DNA of 63,836 bases, filler included, from Craspedostauros australis (taxonomy: Eukaryota), in NCBI GenBank assembly GCA_030167865.1. It is 6 parts of 6 records of this genome, joined end to end, with 100 filler letters (N's around TTAATTAATTAA, not from the genome) between each part and the next. Parts side by side here need not be neighbours in the genome. Positions count along the whole stretch, not along the records: positions 1 to 24,970 come from JALAGF010004280.1; positions 25,071 to 40,956 come from JALAGF010004283.1; 4 more parts are not named here. One strand, written 5' to 3'. Positions 21,905 through 33,442 of the stretch are shown here, piece by piece. Positions within the stretch are counted from its first letter, which is position 1; each line of letters starts with the position of its first letter. A model generated the notes under the pieces. The model worked only from the letters and a program-made list of their open reading frames with translations, was not told the DNA's origin and made no database searches. A program made the translations under genes and the position numbers.

Positions 21905-22879
21905 TCACGCCTTGGTTGCCACTGCACTTGCGTAACTCACGCTGCTATCTCGCATGGACCGCACCTCCGACGATTGCGCATACTTGACCCACGCAATATT
22001 GAGCGCCTCTTTCTGCAACGCCTTATCGTTGTGATGCACCGCGTTGAGCCACACGGCGATGGGATGACGCCCGCAGATCGTGTTGCGCGTCGCCTTGAGG
22101 TACGCCGCGAAGGCGCCCGGTTCCTGCAGCTGGATCTTGTCCATGCCAGCATGGTCCATCTCGCGGATGTACTCGTGGATCTTGCGCGTTGCGACGGATC
22201 CCGTCGGTTGGTACGCAAATCGCTTGCCCCAATGGCAAAAGTCGGACGATATGATGCACAGCACGTCGCGTCGTTGCACGATGGACGCGAGGCACTTACC
22301 GTAGGCGGCTTCCTTCGACGTCGAGAGGTTGCCGCACATGATGGGCAGCACCGTGATATCATCCTTCTTGCTGTCGGGGATGCATTTGGCGATGTACGGA
22401 TACTGCATCTCTCCCGAATGTTCCTCCTCATCAACCGACTGCGACATGTACGTGAAGTCCAACTTGTCCTTCACGAACAGCTGCCGTACTTCATCGCGCA
22501 ACGCGTCATCGACACGCAGATCGCCCACGGGCGTTTCGATCGTCGTGGCCCCCGAAATGGCGCAACCGTCCAAGTAGACATGATGCGATGGATGCAGCAC
22601 GAGGAGATGCCGCACGGGACTGTTCGCAGCTTCCAGTTCCTTGGCCAACGCATGGTACGAGTACGCGGCGGTCGGACCCGAGTAGGAATATCCGGCATGC
22701 GGACAGATGATGCCTCTCACGCTTGTCGATGCCGTGGCATCCACGTCGTCCAAGGCGGATGACAGCATGGCATCGAGATCGTCCTTCGAGTCGGAGTACC
22801 ACGAGCCAGCGTGATGCGCTCGGCGCGTGTATTTGGAGAATGCCATCTTGGATCGGCTGGAGTTTCCCATTCGCGTCAT
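21905..22879 (-). CDS. MEMO1: MEMO1 / AmmeMemoRadiSam B family protein
   Basis: RRAHHAGSWY, IICPHAGYSYSGPTAA, PSHH, EHSGEMQYPY, ISSDFCHWGKRF, NTICGRHPI, DSSVSYAS. Confidence 0.97.
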   Translation of the reverse strand: MTRMGNSSRSKMAFSKYTRRAHHAGSWYSDSKDDLDAMLSSALDDVDATASTSVRGIICPHAGYSYSGPTAAYSYHALAKELEAANSPVRHLLVLHPSHHVYLDGCAISGATTIETPVGDLRVDDALRDEVRQLFVKDKLDFTYMSQSVDEEEHSGEMQYPYIAKCIPDSKKDDITVLPIMCGNLSTSKEAAYGKCLASIVQRRDVLCIISSDFCHWGKRFAYQPTGSVATRKIHEYIREMDHAGMDKIQLQEPGAFAAYLKATRNTICGRHPIAVWLNAVHHNDKALQKEALNIAWVKYAQSSEVRSMRDSSVSYASAVATKA

Positions 22880-23321
22880 GAGCTCAAGTCGTTGTCGTCG
22901 TGGTCCTGGTCGCCTTCCTTTCTTCCTTTCTTATGTGATCTTACTTGGTGGTCCTGGTTGTGCTGTTTTGTCGTCCACAGATGGAAGCCTTGTTGCCTCT
23001 CTTGTGCAACACACGACGACGATGATGACGACCGATGACGACCGATGATGGTGATGTGCCTGTGCGAAGGAAGGTGGATGCTCGCACATTGACACCTGTT
23101 GTTTGTGTTTCGATTCTTCCGAGGGCGATTCTGGCGAACAGAATTCTTCTTGTTCATACGTCTGTCCATCGATACGTTCATCCATGTCTCGAAACATTGC
23201 AGGTCCCTCCCAACACTCAACATGAACACCACACTCTGGTATTCTATTCTAGAGTACGACGAGTGGCACAGCTAGAACTCCAATGATTAGCATACGCACT
23301 CTTCTCTATCAGAGTCAGCGT

Positions 23322-24284
23322 TTAAATTAGCGACGCAGCCTGCGTGATCTTATCGTACGTATCGAGAACGGGGGACGTCTTGCCCAAAGCGCCAGCGACC
23401 GCGGCATTGGCAACAGAATCGACAGACACAGGTGGCTCGAGGGCGATCTTGATAATGCCTTCTGGCGCTACGTTCGTGATGGCGCGCACAGGACCCGACG
23501 ACAGCAAGGATTCGATGAAGGATCCATAAAAGCTGGCGACGCGCGGTGGGTTGAGTCCGAATGTGTCGCCGCCGTGGATGAAGGTCGGTTCGATGAGCGT
23601 GTAGCCCGTGGGGAAGTTGGATGTCACGCCGTCTTCCGACAGCTGCTTGCCCGTCATGTAATCGGCCAGCGGCGCGATGCCGTTGGCGAATGCCTTGACC
23701 TCGGGTGCGACCGAGATGTAGACGAAGCGCTGCACATTGGCCTTGGCGCCGGCTGCGGCCAACGCGGTGGCGGCGTTGACCTTCAACTCGGATTCCTGAT
23801 TGCCGATGGCGCCGATGCAAGAGATGACGGCCGCGCATCCCTGCGACAATTCGGAGATGGTGGCCGACACATCCATGCCGGGGCTCGTGACGTCGAAGGC
23901 TACAGTTCCATCGCGTCCATCGCGCGATGTGGAGATCACTTCGATGCCGAGCTGCTGCAGCTTCTTCACGACCCGCGATCCGACGAAGCCGCTGCCGCCC
24001 AGCACGAGGATCTTGGATGGTTCAGCAGCCTCGGCTTCTTCCAGGGGCAGAAATCCTGCCGTTATTCCCACGACGGCCGACGTCGCGACCTTTTCAAACA
24101 AGGAACGGCGAGACAGTGCGGCAGCGTCGCCCTCAGCGTCACTTGACTTCTCTTGAATGGCGAACGCAGAGGTCGCCGATGGATTGGTGTGATGCTTCAG
24201 GAAAAGTGTTGAGAAGGCTTGTGTCGTTGTAGATGCCACGAGCAATGCCACAACGGCGACGGTCATGCGTTGGTGGATCATCAT
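23322..24284 (-). CDS. Plastid NAD(P)-binding Rossmann (atypical SDR/epimerase-like) protein with Tat-like lumenal signal
   Basis: Signal ending TQA-F; SRRSLF-hydrophobic-AEA; KILVLGGSGFVGS, AVISCIG, RFVYIS, YMTGK, PTFIHG, PPVSVDSVA. Confidence 0.88.
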   Translation of the reverse strand: MMIHQRMTVAVVALLVASTTTQAFSTLFLKHHTNPSATSAFAIQEKSSDAEGDAAALSRRSLFEKVATSAVVGITAGFLPLEEAEAAEPSKILVLGGSGFVGSRVVKKLQQLGIEVISTSRDGRDGTVAFDVTSPGMDVSATISELSQGCAAVISCIGAIGNQESELKVNAATALAAAGAKANVQRFVYISVAPEVKAFANGIAPLADYMTGKQLSEDGVTSNFPTGYTLIEPTFIHGGDTFGLNPPRVASFYGSFIESLLSSGPVRAITNVAPEGIIKIALEPPVSVDSVANAAVAGALGKTSPVLDTYDKITQAASLI

Positions 24285-24970
24285 CGTCGTTCTTGATGGG
24301 AAGTTGCTGGTGTGATGGTGCAATGCGCTGTTGTTGCGCGATACAGTAGAGATCTTTGGTGTGGCTCCTGGTCGGTGATTGTTGGCAAAGCGCACAAGTA
24401 ACTACTGTAGACGTATTGGTCGTTGTTGCGTGCCCTGGTTGGAGCTCTTGTTCTTGATGACCCATGTGAGTGAGTTGACCAACCATTTGTAAAGTAGAGT
24501 GGCATGTTTTCTTCGATTAAAGCCAAGCTAAGCATACAAATCTGCTCCTTATAGTGTCCATAGCAACAGGAAAATTACCCAGAATCTTAAAGTCCATAGT
24601 TTAGGTTTTATGGACCCGTCAATGTGCACATTTTTGGACTACTCCTAAACTTCGGCGATAGACATCCGACAAGTTCGATCCAAACAAAATGTTTGTGTTC
24701 TTGGTTTTGGCGAATTTGTTCACATTTCGAATTAATAGAGAGGTTTCGCATTGGAGGTGGTTGTAAGGGTCATAATTTCATAATCTGGGCCTCTCGGCCA
24801 ATCATATCGCTCCATTTAGGGCACAAGATACCTTTCGGCTCCTCGTCGAAATGGGGGTCAACGTCCACATAACGTCAATCGAAAATATTATGAACTCATT
24901 GTCCGCGAATATGAACGCTCCTCGGAGACCGTTCATAATTTCATAATCTCTCTGATGAGTCGTGGTAGTC

Positions 24971-25070
24971 NNNNNNNNNNNNNNNNNNNNNNNNNNNNNN
25001 NNNNNNNNNNNNNNTTAATTAATTAANNNNNNNNNNNNNNNNNNNNNNNNNNNNNNNNNNNNNNNNNNNN
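24971..25070. other. Artificial contig linker
   Basis: N44-TTAATTAATTAA-N44, stops in all six frames. Confidence 0.99.
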
Positions 25071-28000
25071 CTGTCGGTTGGATGTCACTGCTACAATGTT
25101 CTGAATCATAACGGGATACTTGTAGAGTAGAGCAGAGTACTATTGTTACCATGTGGGGCACATCGTGCTTGTGCTGTGCGTCATCCTCGTCCGAAAGGAC
25201 ACTGATTCGTTGTTCCATCGAGTGCTTCGCGCATCTGCGTATGTTCGTAGAGTGAGTAGAGTATGTATATTCGTACTAATATGGGGTTGTGATTGGTTGC
25301 ATGGCACGTTGTGATACCGTGCCTTTACGATTGAGAATGTGAATGTTGGTGTAATTGTGATTGTTGTGCATATTGATAATGTGGTGGTGATGTACATCCT
25401 TTCCGTCACTTGGTTCGTTCATGGACAGCAGTCGCATCATCATGTAACCAGCGGTGCGCTGCCTCCTTCGACGTCCGCGTCGGATGAGACCAACATCGTC
25501 AATGACTCTTCGTCTTCATATTCGCTGATGTCACCATCCTGGAGGACCTGCTGGTAGGCGGATGATGGCGCAGTCCGGGATTGACGTCGGATGCCCTCCG
25601 ACTGAGATCGACGCATGGAGATGGGGCTGGACAGCACCGACATCAACGATGCCGTGATGGACGGTCGCCTCGGTTGCTGCGAATGTGCTTGCTGTTCATG
25701 ACGACGCGTGTAGTCTTCATCATCGGCACTGTCAACGAAGGGCGGCGGCTGGAATGGCAATGGAGGCAGTCCACTTGCTTGGTTGAAGGAGATCGCGGAC
25801 ATGACATCATTGGTCATCTCCATCGAAGCGGACCTTGATCTTGCTGCCATCCCCGACCGCGCTGCACCTGGCGTCACCGTGAGCGATGATGATCTTGATT
25901 GCAATTCCACCTCGGAGCTGCGCCTGTTGAATCTGCCGCCATGCTGCTGCTGCTGCTGTGTTCCCTGAGAGAACGTGCGTCTGAGTGGGATGGAGGGTAT
26001 CATGGGCGACATGGGCATCATGTTGAGAGCGGATTGCAGGAAGCTGGAGCGCGTCATCACGGGCTTGGTGTGGATGGGAGATGCCATGGATGCGGTTGCA
26101 GCGGCGGATGACTGCATGGCGCAGGATCTTCTCACAAGCAGACCTCCCATGATGAAGAAGACGTCCTCCGTGCTGCTATTTCTGCTGCTGGCGCTGTCAG
26201 CATCACTGTCCGAATCGTGATCGGTGCTGCCAGTGCTGCTGTTGCTTTGATTGTCGTTCTCGTTGTCGTTATCATTGTCATTATCGCTGTCAGTGTCGTT
26301 GCCGCTGTCGGAGAAGATGGTATCCGCGGTGTCCGACGATGTGTTGAGTGCAGTCTCCCGCCCATGCATTGCTCGAGGCTGCGCTGAGCTGTTGCCATCT
26401 GTTCCATCGTTGGCCGTGCCGGCCTCATGGATCACATCTATCGATCCCGATAGCTGCTTCGCATGAGGCACATCCACGGTCTTGCCACTGTCATGCGGGT
26501 TGCGCACGAGAAGCTCTGTGCGACATGCCGGGCAATCATCCTGACGCTGATCACACAGCCACAGCTGGATGCAGTCGACGTGGAAGACGTGTCGACAGCA
26601 CCATGACGGTGAAGACTCTTCCGTTGTGTTTGCATTTGCGCTTGCATCAATGTCTGAGCCAGCGCCTGTTGCTGTCGATCCCGATGTCGCTTTTGACTTC
26701 GATCGTGATCTCGTGCATGGCTTGTTGTTCTGATAGCTCCATGAGACGACGTCGTTCACTTGGAAGTCCTCCATGCAGATGATGCAGGTTGATTCCTCTT
26801 CCACATCGCTGTTGAGCATTTCATTGGTGAGGATGGGCACACAGAACGGGCTGGAGGTTGGTGGTGGCAGTGGTAGCTTTGATGCAGTTCTACCGTCCGT
26901 GTTGCTGTTGCTGTTACTGTTGTTGCGGGCGGTAGCGCTGGTCTGAGAATGCGACCCACCCTGCTCAATATCCATATCAGCATCTTCATCTTCATTCATG
27001 TCAAGGCCGCCTTTGGATTCGTAAGCCGCGCTGCTCGGGCGAGAGAGGGTGTTGGAAAGGTGGAATGAGTCCAGCACCTCCTGCACTGTCCAGTAGAAGT
27101 AACCGTTCGGTTCTTGCTTTTGGATGGTCTGTTGAAAGATGAGTGAGGATTTGGAGTGTTGGTGCGATGGCAGTGGCAGTGGCACGGGTGAGGAGGTGGA
27201 TGTATTGGCAGATGGCAATGCAATTGAGTACTCTAACATGCGCGTACATCATGGACGACGCGTGCAAGTGACAGCGACATAGACAGTGGCCATGCCTGTG
27301 ACGTTGACCACCACAGCGATTTCTGATTGGACTCACCGTTTCGTACATGTTGGCTCTCATCCACAGCTTGCGCTGCTCCGGAGTATCCTTCTTGATCTTC
27401 TGTCTGGCCTCCCGTTCCTCGCGGCGTCGCTCCCGCCTCTGCCTGCGCCTCTGGAGGTTTTCCTGAGCTCTCTGACGGATCTGCTCTCCTCTGCGCAGCT
27501 CTGGTGGAGGGATGGATGATCGTGAGCATCCCAGCATCATGAAGATGAGCGCAACGGCCAAAGCCGTGAGGAAGATGTCATCTGTAGTCATGGCTTTGGA
27601 GTGATGCCCGCCGTTGTTCCCATCGTCTGATGCTGAAGTGGAATTAGAGGTAGAATTGGAGATGGCATCGAGCGGATCTGTCAAAGACGTCAGGCCTGAA
27701 GAGATCGTTGTGGGAGGGAAGGTAGGGAAGGTGGCATCTGTCAACCCTTCGTCTGCAGAGCTGCTGATGCTGTTGCTCATACTGGGAGAGAAGGGGCCGT
27801 CTGCATCTCCATTCGCATCTTCAGATGAAAGAGGCACCACGTCGATCACGTCGATCTCGGAAGTTGTGATCTCCATCTTCAATCCTGTTCTGCCTATCTA
27901 ACTTTCTGTGTCTGCTCGTACTCGTTGCCTTGGCAGAGTATAGTTGTAGCACTAATGTGACTACTCTGTTCAACTCGAAGTGGCTCGTATCGTATTGGTT

Positions 28001-29641
28001 GGTCGTATGGTCCTCTGATCTGTTGCGCAGCCGAATTGTGTGAATTCGTGACCTTTGGGAGAGAGAATTACGAATACGGAGTGTACGAGCCTGTCGGTCT
28101 TGGAATCGGCAGATGCTTGTCCTCAAGTATCCGACGCAAAACTGATATCTGTGTTCCCGCTTTGTGAGTTCTTGGCTTCGCGCCTCCTGTCGATTTCTCT
28201 TCTATCGTGTTCAAGTGTGTGTTCGGTCGTGTTGGGCTGTGCCTTGCGCTTCTTCCTTGTGCTTCGATTTGCTGAGTTGTGATGCTCGCTTGTGGTGTTG
28301 TCATGCGTTGTGATGTGATGTGATGCGTTGTCGGAGATGGAACTCTTTGTTGGGAGCAGATCGCAAGTCCTGGAATACGAGTAGTTCGTACTTGACCGCT
28401 CTACTGCCACTCGATTCTGATGCCGTCGCTGATGTTGTCACTGCTGATGGTGACCTCTGCAGTGCTATGACCGGGTGCGGACAGGCCTCTTCTGCCTTCT
28501 GAGACTCTTCAACGGAAGATCCGATTGAGCGGAGGTGCTTTCCTGAGATGATGCCAGTGGCAGAGGTCAAGAACACCAGAGCAAAGGAACAACTTCCAAA
28601 TTTGGGAGCAACGAAGCGATCGTGTGGTTTGGTATCACGACTCTGTGTGGTGCTCATTGTCTCCCCTCAGTTTTCTTCCTCCACTTGTTTTTGCATTCCT
28701 TTTCACCCGCACCGCCCTCGTGTCTCTTCCGCTCATGTCACACCATTCGCTTCCAACAACCAGCCGTACCTCTCTCTGCACAATTCGCGCAATTCGCGCA
28801 ATTCACGCGCGCACACGCTCCACACACACGTCCAAGTGGGAAAGAGCGAAAATTGTTGGGACAGATCGCGCAGTAAAGTGGCAACAATACACACCAAAAA
28901 CACGGAAGCAGCAGATTCGTGGGATGTGCACGTTGTGAGCTTTCTCAGCGCTGTCGCCAGAGCGTTGGATTGTGTCTGACCGTCTTTTCCGAATTCTTGC
29001 TTCCGATGTCGCTGTCCGCACACCCAAACTATCGGACAACAGAGCATTTTCACACGTGACATCGAACAATTTGGCTAGACATCAATTTTTGATTGGAGGG
29101 AGAGATCGCGCCTGTCCATCGTGTTCCGCATGTGCTTGCGAGTGTGTCATGTCCCATGTGGCACTCATCCTAACAACATGACCAAATGAACATGTGACTC
29201 GCTAAGTCCCGACTTCCGTTGAGAGAGGAATACGGCAAGCCGAGCTTCTGTGACCACACAAAATTGCTCACCATATTTCTCACAACATCGCGTCACAAAA
29301 ACTGGAACATCCGTAACAACGACAACAAAGCTCCGTGCAAGGATACAAAATGGTGTTTCGCCATCGACGATGATGTGACGATCGTCAGTGCCAACATTGT
29401 GATCAGCAGGCGCATAGACAGCAACAGTAGCGGCGGCGGCATTGTTGCCGTCATGTACGAGTACACCATCACCATGCACTTTCTTGAGCACGGACTCGTG
29501 AGATCACTGCACACAATGAACATGAAACAGGCCGAGGACAGAGAATGATCGATGATGTCGATACCGTCAATGCGACAATGAAGCAAAGACCAGCACAAAA
29601 GCAACGATTCAACGCGCTCTATCCGTACCATGCACTGCCAT
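25071..29641. repeat. 4571-bp segment duplicated in inverted orientation at 41057-45627
   Basis: Mirrored ORF sets translate identically with coordinate sum 70698; the end sequences are reverse complements. Confidence 0.97.
25440..27876 (-). CDS. Single-pass membrane RING-H2 E3 ligase-like protein (copy 1); exons 27876-27337 and 27128-25440
   Basis: TM IFLTALAVALIFMMLGC; CIIC...CRHVFHVDCIQLW...CPAC; GTGAGT..CAG intron joins MYET|TIQK in frame. Confidence 0.88.
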
Positions 29642-32600
29642 ACAAATGGCTCAAGCAACATGGACAGAGTGCAAGCTGCTTGGCCGGCTTTGCCCGATTT
29701 GCATCGACGAAATTGATGGAGGATTGGCGACATCGGGGATGGCAAGCTCGACGAAATTGAGGCGAGGAGTGATCGTCGACACGCGTGCATTGCGCGGATC
29801 CAAGCGCATCTTTCGACACAGCGCATACACCACCAAATCGGCTACTTCCGCGTCCTCTTGTTCATTGAGCACATCACAAAGTTGTTCCAAAGCATACCGC
29901 TTGCCCAAGGACAATAACACGAGCGCTCCAACCAACCAACCAAATACTCTACGGGTAAGCCGAGAGGGATGGCAATCATGAAAATTGTACACAATACTGC
30001 TGCCACCAAGCAAGCGAGGAACGAGCAACAGATGACGGCATGTTTGGCCTGGCGTGAACATTCTCCAGCATGTAATATTTGCCATGGTGGTGTGGAACGT
30101 GCTTGGCCGTGTAATTTGAACTGATCAGGAGGCAAATCGAACAATTTCTGTAGGGCACGTGACAGATGGTGGTGTTGGCGTTGGTTTGTGCTCATGTCTG
30201 GAAGCGCTCTCTATTCCATACGGGTACGATCAACTCATGCACACGTGACGACTGGGCACCCAAAGAATGATGGCAGATTGCAATGGACTAGGGCGTTTTG
30301 AAATAAGCGAACGAAATGAAATGACTCTTGCTGCTGCCAATCCAAGGCTGCCTGCTATTAGTTGGCATCTGATCCTATCATAGCCCATGTCATGGTCTGG
30401 TACATCTCGCCGCAGGGGCATCAAGAAGATTCATGACCGTCGTCGTACCAGTGGGTCGTAACCATGTTCTGGTGTCGCAGGCGGTGCAGTCGTATGATAC
30501 ATCCGACCAGTCCTCGATGCCCTTGCATTCTTCCGTTGCAGTTGAAGATGAGAGATGACCACAAAAGGATGTGCAAGGATGACTCCACAGGACTTCCATT
30601 TGCGTGTGTGGCGACCAGAGTGTGCTGGATCGGGCATTGGCCAGGATTTCACTGTGCGAGTAGATCGTACGCATACGACTACTCATGTTGGATGTCGAGC
30701 AAGTGGATCACGCCGCTCCGAGAGAAGGGAACATGACAGCGGGCTGCGGGCACATGACAAATATCACCACAGAGGGAAGGCAGCGTTTGCGGCGTCTACG
30801 CTGCGCAGTCGTAGGTCGTACGCGTATGGTGCAGATGCTCACATCAATTCATACTGGCTATTAGCCACGAGGTACGACTAACCCGTGCGAATCTGCGTGG
30901 GAGTGAAGGTCGAGTTGACCGTGACTTCTACGCGTACGCGCAGAGTAGCTCGCACCTTCGCTGGAATCCAGAGAAGGAGAAGACAAGTTGCGGGCGGGTC
31001 TCTCCTAACGAAAGTGTCATCGCGTGCGCGTGGTGGAGGTCACGAACGGAGGGCTTGACGATTGTCTTGGGAGAAAGCCGCTCGTATCAACGGAGGAGAC
31101 GAAGGACGCTCACAACGATGCAACTGCAAAGGTATTTGGTGGGACGGCGGAGCGGGGCGGGGCACTTCGCTCCACTCTCGACACTTGCGCTACTGCCATG
31201 TTCGTGCGAGTACCATGATCTGCTGTCTGCGTTGCCTTGCGTTGCATCGGACCGCGCGGGTATTGCGTCGCGAATACTCGTCCGATTAGTCGTTGGATGG
31301 GAACTTGCAGTGGTCGAAGATGCTTCGGATGTCTCTTGCATGCTGCGATGAGTGTTTGCATTGCTTGTGATCTCCATCTGGAAAGCAGGGTGGCTAGTGT
31401 TTGGGGAGGTGCTGATGCTGCTCGCACTTGGCCAGATGCTGGAGAATCCGCAAGTATCTTCATCGTTGCTGCGTCCATCATTGCGGGTACGAGTGCGGCC
31501 GCCGATGACCACGATGGAGATGACAGAGAGAGGAACCAAGAAACCTGGGACAAGAAAGGTGAGCGCTTTGGTGGGCAGTCGGTTTGTGCACTGCAGAACG
31601 CCTTTTCTGCCTGTCTCGGCGGCAGACAACAGAGCGAAAACGGGCGTTTGGGCCTGTTGTCTTGTTTTTGACTCGATGGACTGATCGGCTCCGTCCGAGA
31701 TTGTTTGTTGGGGTGGCATAATCCCCATCTTGGATATGGCTAGAACGCAAGCACAGTATGTATCGAAGCTCGTTGGTGGGCAGTACTATCTAGGGATAAT
31801 GTCGAACACACAGAACGTACCGCTGGTTGAAGCAATGACTGAGAAGTGGAAGAGGCCGGTGAGCTCTGTTGTGTGTCGAAGAACAATGGCGGATACAGTG
31901 GAATACACAGCAGAAGGAACACGCTGGGGATAGCTTCGTATGATATCCAATGCAAATGTTTGATTTGTTGTGGTTATCCTCATCGTGGAACCCAGTCATC
32001 GGGAGGCACTTTGGCCGGAATGACGTGAATCTCGATGCAGGAAAATCAGGCACACAGGAGAACACACGGGATGTTTGCCAAGTTGCGGCACGAGTGCGCG
32101 TGGAGTGCTCCATCGCACAAATGCTCCCGGATGGAGAATGGCACCCGTGAGAGTCATGGTCATCGAGCGGCCCACACGCGTTTTTGGCTTGTCTGCCGCG
32201 CACCCTGGTCCAACTGAGCGCACGAAGAAGCGAAAACAAACAAGCAGACACGGCCGCCCCTCCGCGCCACCTGGCGCTCGCCTTTTGGGAATTGGGTGCG
32301 ACAAGATAGTGCGTCACCTGCGCGCAGTTCCGTGGGTAAGCATCCGTACTGACATGCGTAGGCCGTAGGTCCTGCAACACTCGTGCTTCTTGCTTCCACG
32401 ACGCCAACAATGCGACGCAAAAGCGCAAAGCACGACGTGACAGGACAAGCGATGACCGAAAACCAAGCAAGACAACAGAACAAGAAGCAACACAACTCAC
32501 CAAGACACAAACGAGCCATCGATCCATCGATCCATCGAAGCAACACGTGCAACGCATCATCCCACACATCGCAATCGCCCTCTTTCCTGTTACAACATCA

Positions 32601-32719
32601 TATTCATATAATCACAGAGAGCCAGATACACGCACCAGCACGATCTACGCCACCAACAGACAAGAAGCACCAGCAAGCACAGAAGGCCCCCTTCCCAAGC
32701 AGAACGAACCTCGAGCAAG

Positions 32720-33442
32720 ATGGTGGACTACGGATACGGAGACGGCACACCGGATGTGGCGCACCAGACGAACGCGGACCCCTACGGATACGGGGATGCC
32801 AAGCCAGACACCGACAAGTACGGGTACGGAGACGCTGCTCCGGACGGAGAGTACCAGGCCGGCTACAACGACGACTCCAAGGGCGACAGCAAGATGAGGC
32901 GATACAAGCGCGACGGCAACGAGAGCGACGACAACATGAGCACCTCCAGCAGCAACGGAAGCGTGGACAGCAGCGGACAGCCCAAGCCCCGCGCTCACCG
33001 CCCGCGCAGGCGCAACTCCGTCACCAGGTACTCGCTCGTGGCCAACGAGGAGGCCGCCACGGTCGCCAGGGAGCACACCGACAACGAGAAGCGCATCGAG
33101 CAGTTCCGCAAGGGCATCCTCAACGGCCAGGGCCTGGACATGGTGCCCGGAAGCAACGTCCCGCACTACTCCGGGGGCATCGACGGCGCCCCTCCGGGGG
33201 ATGTGGGATCCTCCGCGCACTACACCAGCGAGGCCGACCGCATCCTGCAGCAGCAGCTTGAGGACACCGACGAGCCGGAGCAGATGCGGGAATCATCAAG
33301 GGCCCTCTCCTCCACCTCGTCCGCCTCCGGCGAAGAGACCGACGATGACGACGCTCACGGTGCTGCCAACGGGAGGAAGAAGGGAGGACGGCTGAAGCGG
33401 GGGATGCGCGCCATCGGCCGCCGTTTCTCCGTCGGTGCCTAG
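32720..33442 (+). CDS. Hypothetical disordered protein with three YGYGD repeats and RRxS motifs
   Basis: Strong GC3 bias, CA-rich 5' leader, YGYGDxxPD three times, RRRNSVTRYSL. Confidence 0.8.
   Translation: MVDYGYGDGTPDVAHQTNADPYGYGDAKPDTDKYGYGDAAPDGEYQAGYNDDSKGDSKMRRYKRDGNESDDNMSTSSSNGSVDSSGQPKPRAHRPRRRNSVTRYSLVANEEAATVAREHTDNEKRIEQFRKGILNGQGLDMVPGSNVPHYSGGIDGAPPGDVGSSAHYTSEADRILQQQLEDTDEPEQMRESSRALSSTSSASGEETDDDDAHGAANGRKKGGRLKRGMRAIGRRFSVGA

Noticed and set aside
24952..24970. CTGATGAG hammerhead-like core (similar at 40725 and on the minus strand near 34545)
   Set aside because: No correctly placed GAAA or supporting stems; one copy is cut by the gap
25015..25026. Palindromic TTAATTAATTAA repeated five times
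   Set aside because: Always centred in N runs of fixed length; an artificial six-frame-stop linker
31087..31728. 213-aa ORF with a hydrophobic stretch
   Set aside because: No recognisable family and weak codon bias; left uncalled
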